DNA from: Tubulanus polymorphus
Lineage: Eukaryota; Animalia; Nemertea
Reading direction: 5' to 3'
Length of the DNA: 64,000 bases
Assembly: GCF_964204645.1 (NCBI RefSeq)
Contig: NC_134034.1
Location: forward strand, 2,728,072-2,792,071
The notes under the pieces are model-generated. The model ran no database searches, was not told the DNA's origin, and saw only the letters and a list, made by a program, of their open reading frames with translations. Below, piece after piece: positions 26,897 through 39,426 of the stretch (within the stretch, counting starts at the first letter, position 1; each line of letters starts with the position of its first letter). Position numbers and translations under genes: made by a program.

Positions 26897-28150
26897 ATGA
26901 ATCAGTTGACTACAGTTACTTCACTTGAACCTGTGAACAATTTCACCTATACCGGCAGTTATACAACTACAACTCGTCGTCAGTATTCACTCACAGATGC
27001 GTTCTTTAGATTCATAACATATACCAGCAGTGGAAACCATTACACGAGAATATTGCTGGTGCATCCTATAGGAAATGTGTTCAATTTTCTAACTATATGT
27101 TTACTGATAAAATGTCGGAGAAGTCAGTCGATTCGTTACACGTTCCCCTATCTGATGACTATCGCGATCACTGATCAAACTGTTCTTATGTATCATTTGA
27201 TTCGTGATTACTCCCAAGTTATGATCGGATTCCTCTACAAAATCGGATTGAACAAATGTGTCATATTTTTCATGTCACTCAGTGACGTCAGAAAACGGTG
27301 TCCGTATATTTACTATTTCTATTACTATTTTCAGTATCTTCCCGAAAGGTTGGTTCCGGGGTGTTTCTGCGAAGCTCTGTTCTTTCATCGAGCAATTGCT
27401 GTATCAAACTACACAGTTCTAGTGATCGCTATCGAGAGATTTGTAGCGATTCGTTTTCCTTTCTTTCACATGAAACATTTCACCGTTCAAAGGCGTAAAA
27501 TGGCGGTTGTTGTCGTGTTGCTGTGGGCTTTTATTCTAGGAGTCTTCGACATTATTTCATTCAGTGATTTTCGCCTCGAAGAACGTAAAAGATTCAGACG
27601 CAATGAAACCATACTCGAATGGAAATGTAATTTTCCGAGTTTTCTGCTCGGATATGGACGGATTAGTAACTTTTTTTACTTTCTAGATCCTTTTATCAAA
27701 GATATGCTACCATGTTTTCAAATAGTTATATTGTCAGTAATAACTGCTGTATCACGTAATAAGATATCTGACCTGACAGCGATGAGGAGAACAGATCGTC
27801 ATCAATCTTCCGCTAGTAAAACTCTTCTTATTGTTGTTTTTTCGTTCATAGTGCTTGTTTTACCGAGTACCACATGCAGTTTATTATTTTACCTCAATAG
27901 ATTTATAGGTAGTATTTTCTCGGCTGCTGGTAAATGGTCCGCGTACCTAGTGACGCACAACAAGCTTAGTACCATGCATTACTTAGGGAGGTGGTTATTA
28001 ATATTCCGGCAATCAGTTTTCTGTGTAAACTTTTTCATATACGTAGGAACCATTCCGGTTTTCCGAAAACAATTCATTCACTTATTCATCTGTTCGAAAC
28101 GAGCAAATTCAATTGAGAAAAAAATGAAACAGAAAATGCATCAGGTGTGA
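26897..28150 (+). CDS. Intronless rhodopsin-class GPCR, tandem copy 1 (417 aa; resembles the FMRFamide/sex-peptide-receptor-related invertebrate expansions)
   Basis: Seven hydrophobic segments; GN in TM1, D in TM2, Cys 25 residues before IAIERFVAIRFP, ECL2 Cys, LP in TM6, NFFIY in TM7, N-terminal sequon. Confidence 0.92.
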   Translation: MNQLTTVTSLEPVNNFTYTGSYTTTTRRQYSLTDAFFRFITYTSSGNHYTRILLVHPIGNVFNFLTICLLIKCRRSQSIRYTFPYLMTIAITDQTVLMYHLIRDYSQVMIGFLYKIGLNKCVIFFMSLSDVRKRCPYIYYFYYYFQYLPERLVPGCFCEALFFHRAIAVSNYTVLVIAIERFVAIRFPFFHMKHFTVQRRKMAVVVVLLWAFILGVFDIISFSDFRLEERKRFRRNETILEWKCNFPSFLLGYGRISNFFYFLDPFIKDMLPCFQIVILSVITAVSRNKISDLTAMRRTDRHQSSASKTLLIVVFSFIVLVLPSTTCSLLFYLNRFIGSIFSAAGKWSAYLVTHNKLSTMHYLGRWLLIFRQSVFCVNFFIYVGTIPVFRKQFIHLFICSKRANSIEKKMKQKMHQV

Positions 28151-29581
28151 AGTTAGTTCGACGACGGGCGAATTGACGACCGACGAATTTCATTTGTCTA
28201 AAAGTCAAACGCAAAGCTAATATTCGAGCCACACTAATTATACCCGCGGTAAACTTATCGAGTGATTCATCAAATTTCCTACATCGGTTACAGCTGCTCA
28301 CGACCCCGGTCCAAAATTCAAAATCCGCGCGAAGTGAAGAACGGATATCATTTCTCGCGGTCTTGGGAGCCTAAAATGTATTTCATGCACACGCCCGCTG
28401 ATTGGGTGAGAAGACCTACTAATATTTAACTTTTTCGTTCGAGAACAATCTAAATAAAGTTATCTGCACCCAACCGTATGATAGATCATTAAATGAATTG
28501 AAAAAAAAACTAAATAAACTTATTTTGAAGCATCTTCACCTAAACCGACAACATGAATCCGAGTTGTATCGGGAATCCGACATCAAACCAACCTTCACAG
28601 CCGCCACACCGACTGATGGCTTCAAGCCCGAATCTATGATTCCAAACAGGAAAATACGGGTCAAACGTATAAGTCGGGCACCAGAATGCCAAAAAGAGGT
28701 GTCTAGAAATGCATAGCAGGTTCTTTCAACAAAAATACCATACTGACAAATTAGGTATTTTTTAACATTAGACCTAAAATTCATTGGTCCAATGAAATAA
28801 ATATCCTCATTATTGGTATTGTCAACTAATTTTAGTTTTGTCATCGTTAGCGTTTGAATCTCGCTCTAAAAACAGTGCAGTTTTTAGCCGATTTTCGTAT
28901 TTCGAATTACCTCATTCAATCAAGCTCTCGTCGTGGCAGGATCAGAATCCCTGGTTAAACTGATTCGCGGTTGTGAACCAGGCGTCGAAAAATTATCTGA
29001 AACTTCTAATTCAAATTGGCCAATTAACCCGAATTAGAGGCTTAATCCTCGTACCGGGTCCAGGAGTGCAATTTAGTCAGTCAATGTGCCAGTAGGGGAT
29101 TGATCTTCAGTTAGGTTAGGATCCACCAGGTGATTGTGAACGGGAATGATAATCGGGGTTTAGCTGAATGCTCATAAAACCCTAGATAACATCCGAGCTG
29201 TTTATCGAGATCCGGGCTTCACGCTGGTAATTCGGCAGTTTATGGAGGGCGCTCGAGAATCTGACTCGAGCGAACGGTTGTCGCATTTCTCAACGATAGA
29301 TTTTGTACAGAAATTTTGCTAGCTGAACACAACTTGAAAATGTTGGTTAAACATCTCACTTTATTACTATATCACCCTAACTATACAAATTCTACACTGA
29401 AAACATCGATTTCAAAAATTTATCTTTTCAGTGACGTATAGAACTAGAATATATATGAATATTTGATAGTACGAGACATTTTCTAGCAAGTTTTGTCACA
29501 GATATGATTATAGACCCGAGCCGCCAGTGAACAGCCGTCTGACGTCAGACTCAGTGACGTCTGCGCTGCGCTGATCATAAC

Positions 29582-30835
29582 ATGAATCAGTTGACTGCAG
29601 TTACTTCACTTGAACTTGTGAACAATTTCACCTCAACCGGCAGTTATACAACTACAACTCGTCGTCAGTATTCACTCAGAGATGCGTTCCTTAGATTCAT
29701 ATCATATACCAGCAGTGGAAACCATTACACGAGAATATTGCTGGTGCATCCTATAGGAAATGTGTTCAATTTTCTAACTATATGTTTACTGATAAAATGT
29801 CGGAGAAGTCAGTCGGTTCGTTTCACGTTCCCCTATCTGATGACTATCGCGATCACTGATCAAACTGTTCTTATGTATCATTTGATTCGTGATTACTCCC
29901 AAGTTATGATCGGATTCCTCTACAGAATTGGATTGAACAAATGTGTCATATTTTTCATGTCACTCAGTGACGTCAGAAAACGGTGTCCGTATATTTACTA
30001 TTTCTATTACTATTTTCAGTATCTTCCCGAAAGGTTGGTTCCGGGGTGTTTCTGCGAGGCCCTGTTCTACTTTCCAGCAATTGCTGTATCAAACTACACA
30101 GTTCTAGTGATCGCTATCGAGAGATTTGTAGCGATTCGTTTTCCTTTCTTTCACATGAAACATTTCACCGTTCAGACGCGTAAAATGGCAGTTGTTGCCG
30201 TGTTGCTGTGGGCTTATATTCAAGGAGTTTACGATATTATTTCGTCCAGTGATATTCACCTCGAAGAGCGTAAAAGATTCAGACTTAATGAAACCATACT
30301 CGAATGGAAATGTAATTATCCGAGTTTTCTGCTCGGATATGGACGGATAGGTTACGTTTTTTCATTTCTTGATCCTTTTTTCACAGATATGCTACCATGT
30401 TTTCTAATAGTTATTTTATCAGTAATAACTGCTGTATCACGTGATAAGATATCTGACCTGACAGCGATGAGGAGAACAGATCGTCATCAATCTTCAGCTA
30501 GTAAAACTCTTCTTATTGTTGTTTTTTCGTTTATAGTGCTTGTTTTACCGAGTGCCACATGCAGTTTATTATTTTACCTCAATAGATTTATAGCTAGTAT
30601 TTTCTCGGCTGCTGGTGAAAGCTCCGCGTACCTAGTGACGCACTACACGCTTGGTCCCATGCATGACTTAGAGAGGTGGTTATACATATTCCGGCAATCA
30701 GTTTTCTGTGTAAACTTTTTCATATACGTAGGAACCATTCCAGTTTTCAGAAAACAATTCATCCAATTATTCACCTGTTCGAAACGAGCAAATTCAATCG
30801 AGAAAAAAATGAAAAACAAAGTGCATCAGGTGTGA
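29582..30835 (+). CDS. Intronless rhodopsin-class GPCR, tandem copy 2 (417 aa)
   Basis: Co-linear paralog of copy 1 with the same motifs and an intact ORF. Confidence 0.92.
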   Translation: MNQLTAVTSLELVNNFTSTGSYTTTTRRQYSLRDAFLRFISYTSSGNHYTRILLVHPIGNVFNFLTICLLIKCRRSQSVRFTFPYLMTIAITDQTVLMYHLIRDYSQVMIGFLYRIGLNKCVIFFMSLSDVRKRCPYIYYFYYYFQYLPERLVPGCFCEALFYFPAIAVSNYTVLVIAIERFVAIRFPFFHMKHFTVQTRKMAVVAVLLWAYIQGVYDIISSSDIHLEERKRFRLNETILEWKCNYPSFLLGYGRIGYVFSFLDPFFTDMLPCFLIVILSVITAVSRDKISDLTAMRRTDRHQSSASKTLLIVVFSFIVLVLPSATCSLLFYLNRFIASIFSAAGESSAYLVTHYTLGPMHDLERWLYIFRQSVFCVNFFIYVGTIPVFRKQFIQLFTCSKRANSIEKKMKNKVHQV

Positions 30836-32230
30836 AAGTAAGTTCGACGACGGACGAATTGACGACCGACGAAGTTCATTTGTCTCAAAGTCAAACGCAA
30901 AGCTAATATTCGAGCCACACTAATTATACCCGCGGTAAACTTATCGAGTGATATATCAAATTTCCTATATCGGTTACAGCTACTCATGACCCCGGTCCAA
31001 AATTCAAAATTCCCGCGAAGTGAAGAACGGATATCAAACCGCTATGGAAATATCATTTCTCGCGGTCTTGGAGCCTAAAATGTATTTCATGCACACGCCC
31101 GCTCATTGGGTGAGAAGACCTACTTATATTTAACTTTTTCGTTCGAGAACACTCTAATAACGTTATTTTCACCCAACCGTATGATAGATCATTAAATGAA
31201 TTGAAAAAAAAACTAAATGAACTTATTTTGAAGCGTTTTCACCTGAACCGACAACATGAATCCGAGTTGTATCGGGAATCCGACATCAAACCAAACAGGA
31301 AAGTACTGGTCAAACGTATTAGTCGGGCACCAGAATGCCAAAAAGAGGTGTCTGTCTAGAAATGCATAGCAGGTTCTTTCAACAAAAATACCATACTGAC
31401 AAATTAGGTATTTTTTAACATTAGACCTAAAATTCATTGGTCCAATGAAATAAATATCCTCATTATTGGTATTGTCAACTAATTTTAGTTTTGCCATCGT
31501 TAGCGTTTGAATCTCGCTCTAAAAAGAGTGCAGTTTTTAGCCGATTTTCGTATTTCGAATTACCTCATTCAATCAAGCTCTCGTCGTGGCACGATTAGAT
31601 TCCCTGGTTAAACTGATTCGCGGTTGTGAACCAGGCGTCGAAAAATTATCTGAAACTTCTAATTCGAATTAGCCAATTAACCCGAATTAGAGGCTTAATC
31701 CTCGTACCGGATCCAGGAGTGCAATTTAGTCAGTCAATGTGCCAGTAGGGGATTGATCTTCATTTAGGTTAGGAACCACCAAGTGATTGGGCGGGAATGA
31801 TAATTAGGGTTTAGCTGAATGCTCATAAAACCCTAGATAACTTGCGAGCTGTTTCGAGATCCGGGCTTCACGCTGGTAATTCGGCAGTTTATGGAGGGCG
31901 CTCGAGAATCTGACTCGAGCGAACGGTCGTCGCATTTCTCAACGATAGATTTTGTACAGAAATTTTGCTAACTGAACACAACTTGAAAATGTTGGTTGAA
32001 CATCTCGCTTTATTACTATATCACCGCCACTATACAAATTCTACACTGAAAACATCGATTTCAAAAATTTATCTTTTCAGTGACGTATAGAACTAGAATA
32101 TATATGAATATTTGATAGCACGAGACATTTTCTAGCAAGTTTTGTCACAGATATGATTATAGACCCGAGCCGCCAGTGAACAGCCGTCTGACGTCAGACT
32201 CAGTGACGTCTGCGCTGCGCTGATCATAAC

Positions 32231-33484
32231 ATGAATCAGTCGACCGAAGTTTCCTCTCTGGAATTTGTGAGCAATCTCACTACAACCGGCAGTTATACAA
32301 CTACAACTCGTCGTCAGTATTCACTCACAGATGCGTTCTTTGCATTCCTTTCGTATACTAGCAATGGAAACCATTACACGAGAATATTGCTGGTGCATCC
32401 TATAGGAAATGTGTTCAATTTTCTAACTATATGTTTACTGATAAAATGTCGGAGAAGTCAGTCGATTCGTTACACGTTCCCCTGTCTGATGACTATCGCG
32501 TTTGCAGATCAAACTGTTCTTATGTATCATTTGATTCGTGATTACTCCCAAGTTATGATCGGATTCCTCTACAGAATTGGATTGAACAAATGTGTCATAT
32601 TTTTCATGTCATTCACTGACGTCAGAAAACGGTGTCCGTATATTTACTATTTCTACTACTATTTTGAGTATCTTCCCGAAAGGTTGGTTCCGGGGTGTTT
32701 CTGCGAGGCCCTGTTCTACCGCCCAGCAATTGCTGTATCAAACTACACAGTTCTAGTGATCGCTATCGAGAGATTTGTAGCGATTCGTTTTCCTTTCTTT
32801 CACATGAAACATTTCACCGTTCAGACGCGTAAAATGGCGGTTGTTGCCGTGTTGCTGTGGGCTTATATTCAAGGAGTTTACGATATTATTTCGTCCAGTA
32901 ATATTCGCCTCGAAGAACGTAAAAGATTCAGACGCAATGAAACCATACTCGAATGGAAATGTAATTATCCGAGTTTTCTGCACGGATATGGACGGAAAGG
33001 TTACGTTTTTTCATTTCTTGATCCTTTTTTCACAGATATGCTACCATGTTTTCTAATAGTTATATTGTCAGTAATAACTGCTGTATCACGTAATAAGATA
33101 TCTGACCTGACAGCGATGAGGAGAACAGATCGTCATCAATCTTCAGCTAGTAAAACTCTTCTTATTGTTGTTTTTTCGTTCATAGTGCTTGTTTTACCGA
33201 GTGCCACATGCAGTTTATTATTTTACCTCAATAGATTTATAGCTAGTATTTTCTCGGCTGCTGGTGAAAGCTCCGCGTACCTAGTGACGTACTACACGCT
33301 TGTTCCCATGCATCAATTAGAGAGGTGGTTATTAATATTCCGGCAATCAGTTTTCTGTGTAAACTTTTTCATATACGTAGGAACCATTCCAGTTTTCCGA
33401 AAACAATTCATTCACTTATTCACCTGTTCGAAACGAGCAAATTCAATCGAGAAAAAAATGAAACAGAAAATGCATCAGGTGTGA
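32231..33484 (+). CDS. Intronless rhodopsin-class GPCR, tandem copy 3 (417 aa)
   Basis: Co-linear paralog with an intact ORF. Confidence 0.92.
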   Translation: MNQSTEVSSLEFVSNLTTTGSYTTTTRRQYSLTDAFFAFLSYTSNGNHYTRILLVHPIGNVFNFLTICLLIKCRRSQSIRYTFPCLMTIAFADQTVLMYHLIRDYSQVMIGFLYRIGLNKCVIFFMSFTDVRKRCPYIYYFYYYFEYLPERLVPGCFCEALFYRPAIAVSNYTVLVIAIERFVAIRFPFFHMKHFTVQTRKMAVVAVLLWAYIQGVYDIISSSNIRLEERKRFRRNETILEWKCNYPSFLHGYGRKGYVFSFLDPFFTDMLPCFLIVILSVITAVSRNKISDLTAMRRTDRHQSSASKTLLIVVFSFIVLVLPSATCSLLFYLNRFIASIFSAAGESSAYLVTYYTLVPMHQLERWLLIFRQSVFCVNFFIYVGTIPVFRKQFIHLFTCSKRANSIEKKMKQKMHQV

Positions 33485-34875
33485 AGTTAGTTCGACGACG
33501 GGCGAATTGACGACCGACGAAGTTCATTTGTCTCAAAGTCAAACGCAAAGCTAATATTCGAGCCACACTAATTATACCCGCGGTAAACTTATCGAGTGAT
33601 ACATCAAATTTCCTATATCGGTTACAGCTGCTCACGACCCCGGTCCAAAATTCAAAATTCGCGCGAAGAAAAGAACGGATATCAAACCGCTATGGAAATA
33701 TCATTTCTCGCGGTCTTGGAGCCTAAAATGTATTTCATGCACACGCCCGCTGATTGGGTGAGAAGACCTACTTATATTTAACTTTTTCGTTCGAGAACAA
33801 TCTAAATAAAGTTATCTGCACCCAACCGTATGATAGATCATTAAATGAATTGAAAAAAAAACTAAATGAACTTATTTTGAAGCGTTTTCACCTGAACCGA
33901 CAACATGAATCCGAGTTGTATCGGGAATCCGAAATCAAACCAAACAGGAAAATACGGGTCAAACGTATTAGTCGGGCACCAGAATGCCAAAAAGAGGTGT
34001 CTGTCTAGAAATGCATAGCAGGTTCTTTCAACAAAAATACCATACTGACAAATTAGGTATTTTTTAACATTAGACCTAAAATTCATTGGTCCAATGAAAT
34101 AAATATCCTCATTATTGGTATTGTCAACTAATTTTAGTTTTGTCATCGTTAGCGTTTGAATCTCGCTCTAAAAAGAGTGCAGTTTTTAGCCGATTTTCGT
34201 ATTTCGAATTACTTCATTCAATCAAGCTCTCGTCGTGGCACGATTAGATTCCCTGGTTAAACTGATTCGCGGTTGTGAACCAGGCGTCGAAAAATTATCT
34301 GAAACTTCTAATTCGAATTAGCCAATAAACCCGAATTAGAGGCTTAATCCTCGTACCGGGTCCAGGAGTGCAATTTAGTCAATGTGCCAGTTGGGGATTG
34401 ATTTTCAGTTAGGTTAGGATCTACCAGGTGATTGGACGGGAATGATAATTGGGGTTTAGCTGAATGCTCATATAACCCTAGATAACTTGCGAGCTGTTTC
34501 GAGATCCGGGCTTCACGCTGGTAATTCGGCAGTTTATGGAGGGCGCTCGAGAATCTGACTCGAGCGAACGGTCGTCGCATTTCTCAACGATAGATTTTGT
34601 ACAGAAATTTTGCTAACTGAACACAACTTGAAAATGTTGGTTCAACATCTCGCTCTATTACTATATCACCGCCACTATACGAATTCTACACTGAAAACAT
34701 CGATTTAAAAAATTCATCTTTTCAGTGACGCATAGAACTAGAATATATATGAATATTTGATAGTACGAGACATTTTCTAGCAAGTTTTGTCACAGATATG
34801 ATTATAGACCCGAGCCGCCAGTGAACAGCCGTCTGACGTCAGACTCAGTGACGTCTGCGCTGCGCTGATCATAAC

Positions 34876-36129
34876 ATGAATCAGTTGAATGCAGTTACTT
34901 CACTTGAACTTGTGAACAATTTCACCTCAACCGGCAGTTATACAACTACAACTCGTCGTCAGTATTCACTCAGAGATGCGTTCTTTAGATTCATATCATA
35001 TACCAGCAGTGGAAACCATTACACGAGAATATTGCTGGTGCATCCTATAGGAAATGTGTTCAATTTTCTAACTATATGCTTACTGATAAAATGTCGGAGA
35101 AGTCAGTCGGTTCGTTTCACGTTCCCCTATCTGATGACTATCGCGATCACTGATCAAACTGTTCTTATGTATCATTTTATTCGTGATTACTCCCAAGTTA
35201 TGATCGGATTCCTCTACAGAATCGGATTGAACAAATGTGTCATATTTTTCATGTCACTCACTAACGTCAGAAAACGGTGTCCGTATATTTACTATTTCTA
35301 TTACTATTTTGAGTATCTTCCCGAAAGGTTGGTTCCGTGGTGTTTCTACGAGTCCTTGTTCTACTTTCCAGCAATTATTGTATCAAACTACACAGTTCTA
35401 GTGATCGCTATCGAGAGATTTGTAGCGATTCGTTTTCCTTTCTTTCACATGAAACATTTCACCGTTCAAAGGCGTAAAATGGCGCTAGTTGCCGTGTTGC
35501 TGTGGGCTTATATTATAGGAGTTTACAACATTATTTCATTCAGTAATATTCGCTTCGAAGATCGTAAAAGATACAGACGCAATGAAACCATTCACGAATG
35601 GAAATGTACTAATCCAAGTTTTCTGCTCGGATATGGACGGATTAGTCGCATTTTTTCATTTCTTGATCCTTTTTTCACAGATATGCTACCATGTTTTCTA
35701 ATAGTTATATTCTCAGTAATAACTGCTGTATCACGTGATAAGATATCTGACCTGACAGCGATGAGGAGAACAGATCGTCATCAATCTTCAGCTAGTAAAA
35801 CTCTTCTTATTGTTGTTTTTTCGTTTATAGTGCTTGTTTTACCGAGTGCCACATGCAGTTTATTATTTTACCTCAATAGATTTATAGCTAGTATTTTCTC
35901 GGCTGCTGGTGAAAGCTCCGCGTACCTAGTGACGTACTACACGCTTGGTCCCATGCATGACTTAGAGAGGTGGTTATACATATTCCGGCAATCAGTTTTC
36001 TGTGTAAACTTTTTCATATACGTAGGAACCATTCCAGTTTTCCGAAAACAATTCATCCAATTATTCACCTGTTCGAAACGAGCAAATTCAATCGAGAAAA
36101 AAATGAAAAACAAAGTGCATCAGGTGTGA
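34876..36129 (+). CDS. Intronless rhodopsin-class GPCR, tandem copy 4 (417 aa)
   Basis: Co-linear paralog with an intact ORF. Confidence 0.92.
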   Translation: MNQLNAVTSLELVNNFTSTGSYTTTTRRQYSLRDAFFRFISYTSSGNHYTRILLVHPIGNVFNFLTICLLIKCRRSQSVRFTFPYLMTIAITDQTVLMYHFIRDYSQVMIGFLYRIGLNKCVIFFMSLTNVRKRCPYIYYFYYYFEYLPERLVPWCFYESLFYFPAIIVSNYTVLVIAIERFVAIRFPFFHMKHFTVQRRKMALVAVLLWAYIIGVYNIISFSNIRFEDRKRYRRNETIHEWKCTNPSFLLGYGRISRIFSFLDPFFTDMLPCFLIVIFSVITAVSRDKISDLTAMRRTDRHQSSASKTLLIVVFSFIVLVLPSATCSLLFYLNRFIASIFSAAGESSAYLVTYYTLGPMHDLERWLYIFRQSVFCVNFFIYVGTIPVFRKQFIQLFTCSKRANSIEKKMKNKVHQV

Positions 36130-36379
36130 AAGTAAGTTCGACGACGGACGAATTGACGACCGACGAAGTTCATTTGTCTCAAAGTCAAACGCAAAGCTAA
36201 TATTCGAGCCACACTAATTATACCCGCGGTAAACTTATCGAGTGATATATCAATTTTCCTATATCGGTTACAGCTACTCATGACCCCGGTCCAAAATTCA
36301 AAATTCGCGCGAAGAAAAGAACGGATATCAAACCGCTATGGAAATATCATTTCTCGCGGTCTTGGAGCCTAAAATGTAT

Positions 36380-37087
<708 letters not shown>

Positions 37088-37324
37088 CATGGACACGCCC
37101 GCTGATTGGGTGATAAAATCTACTAATATTTAACTTTCTCGTTCGAAAACACTATAATAAAGTTATCTGCACCCAACCGTATGATAGATCATTAAATAAA
37201 TTGGAAAAAAAAACTAAATGAACTTATTTTGAAGCGTTTTCACCTGAACCGACAACATGAATCCGAGTTGTATCGGGAATCCGACACATCAAACCAACCT
37301 TCACAGCCGCCACACCGACTGATG

Positions 37325-38302
37325 AATGAATGAATGAATTTTATTTGCAAAATAAATTGTTACAAAAAATATCGACACGATATACATTATATTCAGAGTA
37401 ACAATATATAGTGCGAGGAGTAAGGAGAAGTCAAAAGTTGACTTATACGAGTCCTTACCCCTCGGTCAACAACTGATATAATTATCAATCTAAGTGTAGA
37501 GTTAACAAATAAAAGCCCACAGTAGATGTGTAGAAATGTTTATTTTCTGACAGTTCCGAGGTTACTTCTTAAGAAACCTCTTTTTTAGTTTCATCAGAGA
37601 AACCAAAAAAAAAACAATTAGAAAAAGTTTTTGTTTCCCGGATGATTGGGTTTAGAACTCACTCCGAAACTATGGAAAAAATAAACGTGTCTATATATCT
37701 ACTGTGGGGTTTTATTCGTGAAATATATTCATTTTGTCATCGACCGACTCAAAAACGAAGATGGTTTTAGAGTCCATGATTTTGTGGACTGGAAGAAATG
37801 GTCCAAAAACCACAATAGGAATTTAGTGCCAGTCCAGTCTTTAGAATTGGCGCGGCGTGGCTACGCGCTCGCCTAACCGGAAACCAAAACATGCCTTATA
37901 CGAGTCCTTACCCCTCGGTCAACAATCACACTCATATGCACTCATCACTTACACACACACGCACATTCGTTACAAGGATCACCCTTTACATATCTAAACA
38001 GATAAAATGGCGGCCACGTTGCGGGCATCAGTATCTTGCGACCAAATAATTGGTAAAGCATTTTTTTAAAGTAAGGACGTGATTTCGAAGATTTGAGTTT
38101 TCTGGGAAGGGAGTTCCAGGATCTTGCACGTTGGATTTTTAATGATTTCATTCTAAAGTTAGATTTCGCATATTCCACTTTTGAATTTAGTGGGCGACGA
38201 GAAGGTCGCCCTGTCATGGAGTTTCGAAAACGGTAAAATTCATTGAAAATTGATGGTAAGTTTTGATTAATTTGACTAAAGACAAAATTGTACAGCTGAA
38301 AT
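37325..38302 (-). mobile_element. 5'-truncated LINE (CR1/L2-type ORF2 C-terminus) with a (TTCA)n tail
   Basis: ORF 37945-38217 contains RSWNSLPRKLKSSKSRPYFKKML. The element is inserted in CCGACTGATG|GCTTCAA of unit 4 with TGATG at both ends and GAATGAATGAATGAA at the left end. It contains a nested degenerate fold-back at about 37508-37717. Confidence 0.72.
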
Positions 38303-38475
38303 TGATGGCTTCAAACCCGAATCTATGATTCCAAACAGGAAAATACGGGTCAAACGTATAAGTCGGGCACCAGAATGCCAAAAAAGGTGTCTAGAAATGC
38401 ATAGCAGGTTCTTTAAACAAAAATACCATACTGACAAATTAGGTATCGTAATTGTATAATGGTCACAATTGATGG

Positions 38476-39426
38476 TTACGAAGTGTTGCAGACGATTTTC
38501 GTACAGAAATAACGACGTATTTCTCGACCAAGTAAAAGATATATGTAAAAGTTTATCGAGTAATTACACAATAGTAATTGACTGAAAACGTCTAAAAGAT
38601 ATTCTTTCCGTTCTGTGGTGATCGGCAGGAAAGCGGTTATAGCGTTTGGAAGTGTACATATCGCAAAAGCGAGTGAAACCGTTACGAGCATTATCGTCGT
38701 CCGTTTCGATTTAGTAGTTTTCTGATCATCAGAAGACAACAACATTCTCGAACCCGTGAACAATTGAATTATTATAACCGAATTCGATGTCAGAATCAAA
38801 GATAAAGGCAGAACGTAAACGTGGACGACAAATGTGATGAAAATTCCAAATTGGTCCGATAACTCGTAGAAACATCCGAATAATTGGTCCGACATTTTCA
38901 TTATCAGCGTCGGATGAATGCCCACCCCAAATACGTTTATCGCGAAAATAATGAAAATGACGAATCTAGCGAATCTCGGTGTACATATCAAACGAGATGT
39001 GAACGGGAAGAGAACAACTGCCGCGCGTTCTAGAGATATCGCTACTATTAACCAGGAACTGCAGGCGCCCGTAGTCGCCATCACAGACTCGTAGATCTGA
39101 CAACTGATCATCGAATTCACCACGAATGTAGCGAGACCGACGCGCAGGAAAACGCACTGTAAAACGGGCATTAGTGCGAAATATATGCCGAACACGAAAT
39201 CACTGACCGACAAAACGATCAGATAGTTAGCGTAAGATAAACCGCGGAATCTGCGACTTATCATTATCAGGAATGTAGCCGAATTCCCGAAAGCTCCGAA
39301 CACAAAGAGCAGGACCAGAACGACCAATGAAAGAGTACGGTAGACGCCGGACTTGTTTGCCAAAGACATGAGGACGATGAAACTGCTATGAGGTCGACCG
39401 AACAACTGCGTTCGAGTTAAGTTCAT
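38476..39426 (-). CDS. Intronless rhodopsin-class GPCR, 316 aa, a different subfamily from the tandem array
   Basis: FGN (TM1), LSVSD (TM2), C...SSWLIVAISLERAAVVLFP (TM3), FAICTLP (TM6), NYSINFYIY (TM7). Confidence 0.9.
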   Translation of the reverse strand: MNLTRTQLFGRPHSSFIVLMSLANKSGVYRTLSLVVLVLLFVFGAFGNSATFLIMISRRFRGLSYANYLIVLSVSDFVFGIYFALMPVLQCVFLRVGLATFVVNSMISCQIYESVMATTGACSSWLIVAISLERAAVVLFPFTSRLICTPRFARFVIFIIFAINVFGVGIHPTLIMKMSDQLFGCFYELSDQFGIFITFVVHVYVLPLSLILTSNSVIIIQLFTGSRMLLSSDDQKTTKSKRTTIMLVTVSLAFAICTLPNAITAFLPITTERKEYLLDVFSQLLLCNYSINFYIYLLLGREIRRYFCTKIVCNTS

